Below, one piece after another: positions 1 through 59,590 of a stretch of DNA of 64,000 nucleotides. The notes under the pieces are model-generated. The model searched no databases, was not told where the DNA came from, and saw only the letters and a program-made list of their open reading frames with translations. Within the stretch, counting starts at the first letter, position 1. The number at the start of each line of letters is the position of its first letter. The translations under genes and the position numbers were made by a program. The stretch lies in the NCBI GenBank assembly GCA_951406725.2, contig OX597826.1, positions 65,224,001 through 65,288,000 on the forward strand, given 5' to 3'. Origin of the DNA: Octopus vulgaris. Its lineage: Eukaryota.

Positions 1-128
1 GATTGTGGTGAAAGCAGAGACAGTGTTGATGATGACGATGGTCAAGATAAGTTATGGGAGGCGAAAAAAATAGTATTGGTGGTTATAATGGTGACAGGAG
101 TAGTGTGATGTGAGGTGGAAATGAGCTG

Positions 129-166
129 CTTGGCGGAGGTCTGCGCTCTCCGAGTGCTTTTCTAGT
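129..166 (+). mobile_element. 3' end of a non-autonomous Helitron/Helentron-like element
   Basis: CTTGGCGGAGG subterminal motif, hairpin GCGCTC-TCC-GAGTGC and terminal CTAGT; the 5' end is not in the window. Confidence 0.55.
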
Positions 167-380
167 ATTGTATTGTGGTTGTCTCCTTTGAGAATTTATA
201 GAAAGCTTTGGGATTTATTTTTTTTGCTTTCCACAACTCTCTTTCTCTCTGCTCTTTCCCTTTTGTGAGAGAGTTTGAGCTTGTTTTCGAGATTCCTTGG
301 AATGTCCATATTAAGATAGACTTCTACATGCTGATACATATATACGAGTATGTGAGTGTGTGTGTGTATATATATATATA

Positions 381-670
381 TGGTGTTTTTACGTGCCATC
401 TGCACAGGAGCCAGTCCGATGGCACTGGCAACGACCACGCTTGAATGTTGTTTTTCACGTGCCACTGGCACGGGAGCCAGTCAGTGGCCCTGGCAACGAT
501 CATGCTCGGATGGAGCTTTTAATGTTCCACTGGCACGGGTGCCAATCAGGCATGTCATCAGGCATGTCAGCGATTTTGATTTCATTTGTCTCAACAGATC
601 TTCGCAAGCAAAGTTTATTGTCCAATGAATGAAGGATACTCATATGTGGGCTGGTTATACACCACTGCCA
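381..670 (-). mobile_element. Fragment of the RTE 3'UTR / SINE family with tandem ~60-bp GC-rich units
   Basis: Repeated ggcactggcaacga..gctNgaatg..tttttacgtgccac units, also seen at 25420..25520, 42730..42960 and 51680..51740. Confidence 0.6.
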
Positions 671-684
671 TAGGCCTTCTGTCT

Positions 685-2060
685 TTAGTCATATGGTGTG
701 GTGTGGTGGTGGGTGTTACTGTTCCATTTGTGTTTTCTATTGAGGCTTGTTCTGTCTACTGCTACGTATGTAGCCTCTATGATCTGTCTAAGTGCCATGT
801 CAGTTCTATGTCCTGTCTGAGCATGTTGGTAGGGCACTAATGAGCTTTTCCCTTCTTTGAGCTCTCGCCAATGTTCACTTATATGCTCTCCTATGCTGCA
901 TGCAGTCTCTCCAATGTAGGTAACTGTCATGTTTCTGCACCGACCCTCAGTACATCATAAGCTATACACTACATTTCTAACCTTACAGTTAATTTGTGGG
1001 TTCATCCTACATACAACACAATTGTACTCTGTACAGGGGGACTTATCAAAGGGATAGGTATTACAGATCAGGGATTTCTATGGGGCACCAGGCCTCTCTA
1101 CTGCTTTAATTCGTAGATTAGCCTTACTTAATGTTTTCTAAAAAGGTGTACTAGTTCACTACCAGGGGTAGCATTGACGAACATAACACTGGTATTTTTT
1201 GTTGCCATACCAAGTGTTAGCCTTATTTATCTTATTACTGGTCCTTTCTGTGCTGTTCCATGATTTACTCAAGTACAGTGAGCAGATCCCTTTAGCATCA
1301 CTCTCTATAATGGCTTTGTACTCAGTCTTGGCTTCTTTGTACACTCTAGTCCAGTCCCTCTGTTTGTAATCAGAGAACTGCATGTGGTGGATGAAGTGTT
1401 GTACGTCTTTCAAATTCCATAGGGTCGCACATGCGAGACATATTCCTCATCACAGTCACCAAGTCAGTTTTAAAAATATTGAAGTTAGCGTTGTCCACAA
1501 TTGCTGTGTTCTTGTGAACAAGGTACTTAGGGCCAGGCATAATGAGAGTGAAGGATCTGGACCTTACAATTCTTTTTTTCTAGCCAGAGTTCAGTGTCTA
1601 AAATGGATAATCTACAGTTAGGATGCTTACTAGGGTAGTCTATCATTATTTCTATACTCTGGTGGAAGGAGTTAGCTATTTGCTGGATGGTCTCCAGAGT
1701 GTTAGCTTCTAGATCATTAACATTGTTTTGTAGGGGTGCTTTGGCCACTATGTTGATAATATCCACGTAGCAGGAGTACATGGCTAGGTTTATGGAATTC
1801 TCTGCAAATTTCTCTGTAAGTCTCCTGTCCCACCATACCATAAATAGGTTAGCCACATTGCCAGCGATACTGACACCGATGGCTGCATCCTCCTCCTTTG
1901 TTATTAAACTTAAATATATGGCCCTTGAGTGTGGTCTTGGTACTCGCACCCACTGTATGTGCAACCATTTTTTTAACCTGATCGTTATTTCTGGTCCACT
2001 TGTTCCATCTCTCTTTAGGGGTCTTTCTTGGCCATAGAAGTTATAGTGGGGAGTCTACCT
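685..2060 (-). mobile_element. Decayed Penelope-like retroelement (RT plus C-terminal GIY-YIG endonuclease)
   Basis: ORF pieces in the expected order on the minus strand: 1527..1964 RT (AIGVSIAGNVANLFM, CYVDI, LSILDTELW), 1159..1413 thumb/linker (FSDY...W.STER..K..K..TWY), 685..930 GIY-YIG (TYIGETA..IGE...EH). Confidence 0.8.
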
Positions 2061-2171
2061 CTTATCGATATAGAGGATCAGAAACAACTGTCACGTTTAT
2101 CTACGTAATCATTGTTGCATGTCAGTGTCAGGAGATATTTAAATGTGTATATATATATATACATATACCTT

Positions 2172-2320
2172 TTGTACAATCTACCTTTCACATTGAGCGA
2201 GAGGCCTTTTGTCACCAGTAGGGGTAGGAGCTTTCTGAACTTTGCCCAGGCTATTCTTATTCTAGTGGTAACAATCTCTAAGCATCCACCCCCACTACAG
2301 ACTTGGTCACCTAGGTAGCA
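2172..2320 (-). mobile_element. RTE LINE ORF fragment
   Basis: Encodes YLGDQVCSGGGCLEIVTTRIRIAWAKFRKLLPLLVTKGLSL; near-copy of 52146..52285. Confidence 0.8.
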
Positions 2321-2594
2321 ATAAATAAACAGTTACCACAGTAGCAAAAATTCACACAAGTAACAAGGATGTAACACCCTATTTATAAAAGTACAAACTC
2401 CAGGTTAAAGTGAAATATCTTGTACAATATAGATAAATAAATAAATGGAGCTAAATGTAGGTGTTATTAAAATTCTTTTACTTTCAACATATGTTTTGAA
2501 GACAACATTGGTATTATTCCAGAAGGAATAAAATGGTATAAAACAATGCAATCTTTTCGTCAGGGAAAAAATATATATGTGTATATATATACAG

Positions 2595-3469
2595 CCTGCG
2601 TTTTTGTTGTTTTGTGGTGCACAATTCTATCTCATTATCAGAATTACTATTCTTTCACTCAGGCAGTGGCAATGTTAAACATATTCATTCAATTATGTTA
2701 TCCCAAATCCCAAAACTCCATCTCCTTGTGTTCTGTCTTTGACCAACCTCTGGTCTCTCTCTCTCTCTGTTTTGTTAACCACTTGCTACTCCCAATACTC
2801 AATCTCTGCTCCCATCACCCCACCCTACATTAACTAGCTCATTTAGATTCCCCTACCTCATAATTGAATACCTCTCCACATGGAGTAGAAACCAGAAGAT
2901 GTTCAGATAAGCAGCCTTGTTTTCCAGCCTAGCACACATCTAAAACCTCTCTCTCAGTGCAAATTCTTATGATTACTTTATTATTTCATTTCATTACCTA
3001 TCTATGTAAACACAGTTTCATCTTCCACACCGTATATGTTTAGAGAAAAAAACTTAAGATCCCTTCACTCAATCCAGCTCTCCCTCCTTCTCCTCTTTCA
3101 CGCTCATTTATTACTGTCATTTATTCATTCATTTATCTAATTCTGTCACAGTTTGGCTGACTGAAAACTGTTGGTTATAGTGCTAGTTAAGAACTCAAAT
3201 GCCCAATTCTATCTCATTATTATCATTAATATTCTCTCACACCGGCAGTCTGTGTTTCTGCTGTTTTGTGGTCCAACCAGTCGCCATGATTGACTGCTAA
3301 TTCCAAAAGTTTTTTTTATTCTTTCTCTGTCTATTTCCTCATGTTCCTTTCTGTTGAAGAGCATAGGCTCGAAATGTAAATGACTTTCTTACCTTCCCAA
3401 GCATCAAACTAATATACCTGCTTGTTGTTTATACTCCTGTCTTCGTCATTTGTTTTTCTGTAAATTTCA

Positions 3470-3470
<1 letters not shown>
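2595..3470 (+). mobile_element. Probable remnant of a second Penelope-like element end / pseudo-LTR with a hammerhead-like motif
   Basis: Direct repeats (aattctatctcattat..ggcagt at ~2622 and ~3205) and CTGTTGA-A-GAGC-ATAG-GCTC-GAAA at 3351..3374. Confidence 0.4.
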
Positions 3471-3502
<32 letters not shown>

Positions 3503-3508
<6 letters not shown>

Positions 3509-5660
3509 CTTTTTTTATCTTTTATTGGTTTCAGCCCAGGGCTGAGGTCATGCTGGTGCACCACCATAGTCATTTGGTGTTGTTTCTGGTATTGTTTTTG
3601 GTAAAGTAGTGAGTTGGAAGGAGCTGCTCTTCTTTGCGTCTCCTGCTGCAATGTGGATTTCTCTGGTATCTTAGATAGAAACCTGTCCAGACGTTCCTTG
3701 AAAACTTCCACATCAACATGTAGATCTCTAAGGTTGCCTGGCAGGATGTTGAACAATTCCGGGCCCTTGAAACCCAAACTATTGCAGTACTGTGTCCTTA
3801 TTTTAGATGGGGAAGACAGGATCTTTGACATGATGCAGTGCTGTCCAGTTCGAAGATTGGTATAGCTGTCAATTCCAAAATTAGGAGCTAAACTCCCCAA
3901 GATCTTCTAAATATATATCACCACAAATCTCTCTCGTCTTATCTCCAGGGAATAGAGACTCAGCTCCTTTAGCCTCTCCTAGTAGTCCATCTTTTGCATC
4001 GAGTTAATCTTTGTGTATTGGTGCTGGATTACTTTGAATTTTGCAGTTTGTTTCACATTCTCTGGGGATCATAGTTGGGAGCAGTAGTCTAAGTGGCTGA
4101 GAACGGAAGTCATCCGTAGGAGTAGCAGGGCATCCCTTTTCCTGGTTCTGAATGTCCTCAGAATCCATCCAGCTACTCACCTGCACAGTGTTGCCATCTT
4201 GGTAATATGCACATGGGATATTGCATCATTGCTCATGTGAACCCCCAGGTCATGCACTGACTTTCTCTCTAGGATCGTGTTACCTTCTGGTCCAGTGTAT
4301 TTCGATTTTAGCCTGGTGTTGGACCGATAGTGGAGTGCCTGAAATTTCATAAGCATTGAACTGCATGTTATTTTTGTTAGTCCATTTGTATATTTCATTT
4401 AGATCTTTCTACAGTTTTATTGTCCTCTGGGTTCCTAACTGCCTGCGATACTTTTGTGTCATCAGCATAACTGGTCAGATTGGCTGACTTACTGTGGGGG
4501 CATGTCTGAGAGGGCCACCACAAATGGTAGTGACCCCAGTACAGTTCCCTCTGGGACTCTGCTGAGAATTGGTGTCTCTTCAGAGTGAGAACCATTGGCT
4601 ACAACTGTCTGACTCCGGCTCTTCAGAAAATCATGCAGCCACTTTCCCAGTAATACCAAGGTTTCACAGCCTGTGACATATCATGCCATGATCAACCTTG
4701 TTGAAGGCCTTGGCAAAGTTGAGGTATATCATGTCTACAGCTGACTGGTTTAGCTGTTGTTTCAGTGCCCAGTCAGAGTGTAGCAGCAGCTGGGTGAGGC
4801 AGCTCCTCCCTGGATGAAAGCCATGTTGCGTGTCTGTGAGAAGGTTTTTTTCTTCTAGGAACATGATCAGCCTTTTTCAGACAATGTGTTCCTTTGTCTT
4901 CCTAACATGTGAGGTCAGAGATGGGCTTGTAGTTTTTAGCATCTGCTCTGTTCTCTTCTTTATGGACAGGGCATATCATATCCTCTTTTGCCATGTTGGG
5001 AAGTATACCAAATGCAAGGAAACTCTGAAAGAGTATCTGCAGTGGCTTTGCAAGAGCCTTTTTACATGTCTTTAAGAGAACGGCCAGGAGTCTAGCTGGA
5101 CCCATTGCTGAATTTGATCTCAACTCATCAATGGCCAATATTACATCTTCTGTTATGCTGATGTAATTGATGGTTGCCTCTCTAGATTTGTTACATTGAA
5201 AAACTCCTCAGGCTTATTTGCATATTTTCCATTGGAGAAGTGAAAACATTTTGGAATTGTTTTAGTGCTTCACTTATCTTCACCAGGTCTGAAGTTAGTG
5301 AGCGGTTTTAACCAAATACTGGGCTTATCTTATAGCGTACTGGGGTAGACTCCTTTGCCAATGTGAAGAAGGCTTCAGGATTTCTTCTTATATTTTTGAC
5401 TGCCCAGGTTTCTCTTCTCTTTCTTTTTCATGAGAGATTTTGAGTTTATTTTCTATCAAGAAGAGTTCCACTGTCAGGTGGGATTTCACACTGTCATTGG
5501 AGTGCTTGTTCAAATGATTTTAGATCTTTATTCTGTCACATGAGTATTCTCCTGCCTCAGGGAATAATGTTTTTGTGTGTATTGGCTCTCTCCTCTGGGA
5601 CATATTTAACGCATATGCCTCGCATTATTTACATGAATTTATTGAGTTTCATATCTATGT
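3503..5660 (-). mobile_element. Decayed, 5'-truncated CR1/L2-group LINE
   Basis: Frameshifted RT pieces: ..NYKPIS.., QHGFHPGRSCLTQLL, DMIYLNFAKAFNKVDHG, SYADDTKV, DLGVHMS, C-terminal LFNILP..LRDL...FKERLDRFL; A-rich tail near 3503..3530. Confidence 0.85.
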
Positions 5661-5679
5661 CTTGCACAGAGAGGCTTTT

Positions 5680-5751
5680 ATATGTATGTATTTTTTGTAT
5701 GTATGTATGTATATATATATATATATATACACATATACATCTATACCTACT

Positions 5752-5799
<48 letters not shown>

Positions 5800-5867
5800 C
5801 ATATACACATATACATCTATACCTACTTATATATATATATATATATATATATACATCTATACATACA
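5680..5867. repeat. (TA)n / (TACA) microsatellite
   Basis: Directly visible. Confidence 0.95.
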
Positions 5868-6037
5868 TATCACCATCGTTTAGCGTCCGCTTTCCATGCT
5901 AGCATGGGTTGGACGGTTCAACTGGGGTCTGGGAAGCCAGAAGGCTGCAACAGGCCCAGTCTGATCTGGCAATGTTTCTACGGCTGGATGCCCTTCCTAA
6001 CACCAACCACTCTGTGAGTGTAGTGGGTGCTTTTTAC
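5868..6037 (-). mobile_element. RTE-tail short repeat (SINE or truncated RTE 3' end)
   Basis: catcgtttagcgtccgctttccatgctagcatgggttggac...gctggatgcccttcctaacaccaaccactc; family copies at 14485, 25251, 42960, 48033, 51515 and 56390. Confidence 0.85.
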
Positions 6038-6635
6038 ACATATATATGTGTATATATACACATATATACATATACAAACATATGTATTCATATATATATA
6101 TTTACATATATATATACATACATATATTTACATATATATATACATATATTTACACATGTATATACATATATATATATATATTTACATATGTCTATACATA
6201 TATATATATATATTTACATATGTCTATACATATATATATATATTTACATATGTCTATACATATATATATATTTACATATGTCTATACATATATATATATA
6301 GTTACATATGTCTATACATATATATATATATCTACATATGTCTATACATATATATATATACATATGTATATACATATATATATACATATATATATACATA
6401 TGTATATACACACATATTTATATACATATGTATATACACACATATATATATACATATGTATATACACACATATATATATATACATATGTATATACACACA
6501 TATATATATACATATGTATATACACACATATATATATACATATGTATATACACACATATATATATACATATGTATATACACACACATATATATATATGTA
6601 TATACACACATATATATATATATGTATATACACAC

Positions 6636-6666
<31 letters not shown>

Positions 6667-6796
6667 CATATGTATATACACATATGTATATACACACACA
6701 CATATATACATACATATATTTACATATATATACATACATATATACACTCACACACATATATATATGTATGTACACACACACATATATGTATGTATC

Positions 6797-6830
<34 letters not shown>

Positions 6831-6896
6831 TATATATACATGCGTACACATACACACACATGTATATTCATACATACACACATACATACACATATA

Positions 6897-6936
<40 letters not shown>

Positions 6937-6958
6937 CATATATATATATATATACACA
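6038..6958. repeat. ~920-bp compound TA/CA microsatellite with higher-order ~26-30-bp units
   Basis: Runs of tttacatatgtctataca(ta)n, then catatgtatatacacaca(ta)n; source of the spurious I/Y/H/C ORFs. Confidence 0.95.
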
Positions 6959-9099
6959 TGGAGAGCATGTGTAAGTTATGAAGAATGGCAGTGGTAGTGG
7001 GGGATGAAGGATCCTAGAGTTCTGTGAAACTAGTCGGTTACCATTTATGTAAAGAAACAAGCCAAATAGACTATTTACACCAGGAAATGAGATAAGAAGA
7101 TATTTGTAAATACTAAGTTTTTTCCAAGTGAAGAATATGCCACTCAGTATAAGACAAGTGATTAATGACTTTGCAATGAGAGGTAGATGCACTCAGAGAC
7201 AAAAGATAATTTAAAGATGGAAGACATGAAGGTGAGAGAATGTTTGGTTAGTTGCAGATTCAAAGAAGTTGCAGTTGGTACTTAAGACAGAAAAGGGAAA
7301 ATAGAGACTTATAACATACAGAAGGGAAGAAATAGGAGTTTGTACAAGATAACCTGCTGAGGACAACAGACCAGATTTGTGGCTGTTACAAGGTGTCAAT
7401 CAAATGGAAGGCAATGTAGTAGTGGAATAGTACTGTACATAGATCCATAAAAACTAAGTGAGAGGCTTTGAAAGAATGGAAATAAGACTGCAATTTAGAG
7501 TATCTAAAAGAGAAGCTTGGCATCAGGTAAATTTAACTAAGGGAGAAAAAGAAAATAAGAGGTTTGCACATGTTCTATGATATGACCATAGGCATGAAGT
7601 GTTTTCGATCACAAGACAGAAAATTAAGATGCTGTTAGGGAGAAGTATTTTTGGAATGATAACAATGAACATGACCTTACCAATGCTGAAAAGAAGTGAC
7701 ATTAAAATGCTGTTATGAAAGATTTCTGTACTGCCAGTCATTACTCCCTTTTCTCCAGGCCATTCATTAGTGACATCCATCATTTACCTTGACTATCACC
7801 CAGCTCTTTTACTTCATATCATTTGAGTTTTCTCTGACCATGCTAAGAATAGAAAATATATGTGAGTCATAGTCCTCTAACCTATCTAACCCATACCAGC
7901 ATAGATGTAAAATGATAACGACAACAATATTTATCTGTATAGCTATCATCATCTTTTAACAACTGCTTTCCATCCTGGCATGAGCAGAATGAGTTGTCAC
8001 TATATCGGTCAGTTTCTATTTAGAGTTTTTACTCTCAAAAACAAGTTAGAGACCATATCTCATCTTGCACGTTCTATTTTTGGCATGGTTTCTAAAACCC
8101 GATGCCCTTTCTAATACCAATTACTCTGCAGAATCTATACACACAAACACACCATATATATTTTCATGTCTATCTATCAGGTTTTTAAAAAATTTCTCAA
8201 GTGTATGTGTGCACATCATATTTACCCTTGTCTCAATATCGTGTGATAAATGTGTAAAGAGAAATTTAGTGACTGATGTCATACACTGCTATACAAGCAA
8301 TGTTGTTTGTTTCCAGTCTTCCTTGCAAAACATGTTTTCCCATAGGGAGAATATTACCTTGCTTAAAAACAGGTGAGTGTTACTGACTGGAAGGGCATCC
8401 AGCTATAGAAAATTTGCTTCAACAAATTCTGTTTTGACCCATGCTCAGAAAAGTGAACAAGTTCAGGCCAAGTGTGTGGCATCTTGAAAAAGTGTGTTCT
8501 ATTTACAGCTTTGGGGTGATCAAGGCTACAACAGAAGCCTGTCACATATATATGTGTATGTGTCTTTTGTGTTTGTTCCCGTAATTTAGTGGCTCAGCAA
8601 AAGAAACCGATAGAATAAGTACAAAGCTTTAAAAAAGTACTGGGGTCAATTTGTTAGACTAGATCCTTCAAGGCAGTGTTCCAGCATGGTCGTAATCCAA
8701 TGACTGAAACAAGTAAGAAAATAAAATAGACATACAAATGGCGGTGCCCCAGCATGGCCACAGCTCATGAGCTGAAACTGGAAAAATCAAATCAAAATAC
8801 AGACCTACATGTATGTATTGTTCATCATCATCAGTTAACGTTCCCTTTTCCAAGTATGGGTTAAAACAGAATTTGTTGAGGCAAATTTTCTATGGCTGGA
8901 TGCCTTTCCTGTCAGCAACACTCATCTGTTTCCAAGATAATTTTTTCCCCTATGGGAAAACATGTTTTTCAAGGAAGACCGGAAGCGAACAACATCGCTA
9001 GTATAAGTGTGTATGACATCAACCACGAAATTTCTCATAAAACATTTATCACACGATGTAGAGAAAAGGGTAAATACCAACGCGCACACATAAACACGA

Positions 9100-9255
9100 C
9101 AGCATTTTTTGTTTCCATCTACTAAAATCCACTAACAAAGTTTTGGTCAACCTAAAATAACTTGGGTAAATTTTTACTTGGCCAAAGTGCTGCTCAGAGG
9201 GACTGAACCCGAGACCATATGATTGGGAGTCAAGCTTCTTAACCACACAGCCAAA
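9100..9255 (-). mobile_element. tRNA-derived CORE-type SINE
   Basis: Reverse complement reads tggctgtgtggttaagaagcttg..ggttcagtccc..cactttggccaagt..gtagatggaaac; family copies at ~15440, 20283, 27350, 30765, 41975, 55140 and 57495. Confidence 0.7.
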
Positions 9256-10122
9256 TTAGCAACTCTTGTTTATATAAATACCCTTTCTACTATAGACACA
9301 AAGCCTGAAATTTGGGGGGAAGGGGCCAAATAATTACATCGACCCCAAAAGGATTAAAGACAAAGTCGACCTCGGCAGAATTAAATACGTATATATAATG
9401 TTTGTGTGCATGTACACGTAGTTATCTATATAAGCGTAAATATGTGTGTGTGTATAGCTACGTGTGTACATCTGCTGTATATATGAACTCTTTTTTTATT
9501 ATTATTTTTAATGTCAGCCTGACTCTGATCCTACTGCAACACTTGGGTGCCCACGTATTTTTGAATGTATGAATAACATGTAGAGAACTCGAACATTCAA
9601 CTGAATTCGTTTTTAATGTGACACCCCATTAATTTCATATCGTGTATGGAAAATATTTCGCTGAAAGCTGCCAATATACACAGCTATCATAGAACAAACC
9701 GAACTCATTTTCTCCTTTCAATCACAGCTTTTGTTTACAAATCTCCCTTCCTACCTTATTTGGAGGAAAAACTTGTCATTGTTTATTTCATAGATTACAT
9801 CCCACCTCACTTTCACTTGTCAACTTTAAACCAAGTGCATGGTTCGACTAATATAGAATGGTAATCAGGAGAAATATACATCATTTTCGTTATCTGCCGT
9901 TGTTTCAATATAACATTTAATTCGAATAATTAACTTTAGAGAAATTGCAGCCGATTAGAAAATTTAAAGAAATAAATTTATTTGAAACGCAAAAACAATT
10001 CTAATATTATGAACGTAATTTCTTTTGTGTTCAGAGGGCCACAATTCCAGGAAAGAATGGTTGGGCTCTCGGTAGTAAATTGGTTAACGAGACTTGTTTA
10101 TATTTAATAAAGAAATTGAGAC

Positions 10123-10126
<4 letters not shown>

Positions 10127-10179
<53 letters not shown>

Positions 10180-10208
10180 CATATATATATACATATATAC
10201 ATATATAC

Positions 10209-10254
<46 letters not shown>

Positions 10255-10505
10255 ACATATATATATACATATATATATATACATATATACATATATATAT
10301 ATACATATATATATATACATATACATATATATATATACATATATATATATGTGTGTGTGTGTGTATGTATACATACACATATATATATATACACACACAC
10401 ATATATATATATGTGTGTGTATACATACACACACACACATATGTATATGTATGAGTGTGTATATGTGTGTATATATATATATTGTATGTGTGTGTGCGCG
10501 CGCAC
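10127..10505. repeat. (TA)n/(TACA)/(TG)n microsatellite in Rab33 intron
   Basis: Directly visible. Confidence 0.95.
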
Positions 10506-10600
10506 ATGATTATATATGTGAGTACATCATTTGTGTACAAGCAGTTTGAAAGAAAAAAATTAAAATCGTCAAAAATAAAATAAAAAAACATAAAGCTTAC

Positions 10601-10954
10601 CTTGATTTGTTCTCCTTCCACTAAAATCATCTTTTCACGAAAATCAACACCAATTGTAGCTTCTGTCTTGTCTGGGAATTTACCACTACAGAACCTATAT
10701 GTGAGGCATGTTTTGCCAACATTGGAATCGCCAATCACAATAATCTTGAAGATCCGCTTTTGTGCTTGTTTTTCGATTATTTTGGAAGACGGAGCAGTGG
10801 AAGGACCAGACGTAGTCACTGTTGTCGTTGTTTTCTTAACATCGCCAGTCTGATTCTCTGTGTTGGTTGTTAATATCGTTTTTGTTGTTTCATTATAACG
10901 GCCAGCTGACGAGCTGCCTTCTAGCTCGTGACCAGTAGGTAATTCTGTGTTCAT
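10601..10954 (-). CDS. RAB33: Ras-related protein Rab-33, main 5' coding exon; the rest of the gene is outside the window to the left
   Basis: MNTELPT...[53 protein letters not shown], then minus-strand donor GTAAGC at 10600. The GDSNVGKT P-loop and [13 protein letters not shown] switch I are characteristic of Rab33. No WDTAGQE exon was found in 1..10600. Confidence 0.9.
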
Positions 10955-11399
10955 TCTGTGAATATCATATGTAACAGAGAAATGCAAATTTAAACAAACA
11001 ATACAAACAAAAAACAAACTGAATTCGAAGAAAATTTAGTTTTTTTTTGATTATTTTGGGGGTACGTTGCAGTAGTCTGGTTAAAAAATACAAAGCCAGA
11101 TGATTTACCTTTCCTCCATGCTTGTTTACGTACTCGCGGTGATCGTCGAACGAAACTTTTATTTTAATACCGGAAAAATAGATTAATATATTATTCATTA
11201 ATTTTAAATAATTTGAAGCTGTTATCTAAAACAATATTTTACTCTTTCTTAAAAAAAAACTTGTAGAAATCCTCGTGTGAACGAGAAGTTAGGAATCGGT
11301 ACTCACGCCATATTGAAAATTTCACCACGAGGTGTAGGGGCTGTAAAGTAAAATACCTTTCAACAACTCCCGTGCTTAATCAAGCAGGGGATCACCATT
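10955..11399. promoter_or_regulatory. Bidirectional promoter / 5' UTR region shared by Rab33 and NAA15
   Basis: Divergent start codons 445 bp apart (88 bp if the micro-exon is real). CpG is locally retained, and a YY1-type CGCCATATT lies at 11306..11314. Confidence 0.7.
11307..11311 (-). CDS. RAB33: Putative 5-nt first coding exon of Rab33 (ATGGC)
   Basis: Minus strand CAATATGGC|GTGAGT donor and an acceptor ...atattcacAG|A ATG at 10956/10955. The join gives in-frame ATG GCA ATG AAC (MAMNTE). Confidence 0.5.
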
Positions 11400-58985
<47,586 letters not shown>

Positions 58986-59482
58986 AGCAACTTGTGTCCT
59001 AACTCTGCTGCTGCTGCTGCTGTTGCCATGCTGCCAACAAAATTTCAGCCAACCCAAAAATGCCTGCCTGCTCAGACTCAGTTATGTCCCCCTTTTGATG
59101 GTTTACCTGCCATCATTATAAATATTAACAACTTTAATAATCTCTATTATGGCAACTAATTGTGTTGAAAATACAAATAGAGAACAGCTACTTGTTTGTG
59201 CACACTGTCATCTTTCTATATCATAGAAAGCTTTTTATCAAATGAAGTTGAGTTTTGATACAAGGCAGGGATATAAGGATTGACTGTTTTTTAATTTATC
59301 CAGACTCCACTCTTTTGTGATAAAAAAAAAAAAAAGAAATCTAGGTCAAGAGCATTACTCCCCCACCCTTTGCCATTTTGCTGATTGTGCTGAGTTGACC
59401 ACCAGTTTAGCATGTGGTGTGCTAAAATAGTTTTCTTCTTTAGATTGCTTCATTATTTGGACTATTTTTTAATATTTAGTTT

Positions 59483-59590
59483 CACCATCATCATCATTAT
59501 CATCATTAATATTATTATTATTATTATTATTATGATTATTATTATTTTATTATTATTATTATTATTATTATTAAATATCATCATCACTCT
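59483..59590. repeat. (ATC)n/(ATT)n trinucleotide microsatellite in the presumed NAA15 3'UTR
   Basis: Directly visible. Confidence 0.9.

Noticed and set aside
381-570. Spaced GC-rich repeats resembling a CRISPR array
   Set aside because: Eukaryotic context; these are degenerate tandem units of a retroposon, with no unique spacers or cas genes
5540-7192. Many long ORFs (up to 315 aa) rich in I/Y/H/T/C/V/M
   Set aside because: They are translations of TA/CA microsatellites, which lack stop codons in all frames
9170-9255. tRNA-like A/B-box sequences here and at ~13490, 30850, 42060 and 55150
   Set aside because: They are SINE heads followed by CORE-like bodies; no complete cloverleaf
10127-11017. 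296-aa ORF taken as full-length Rab33
   Set aside because: Only 10601..10954 is Rab-like. The ORF runs past the GTAAGC donor into microsatellite, and its first 21 codons start at a non-ATG codon in T-rich acceptor/UTR sequence.
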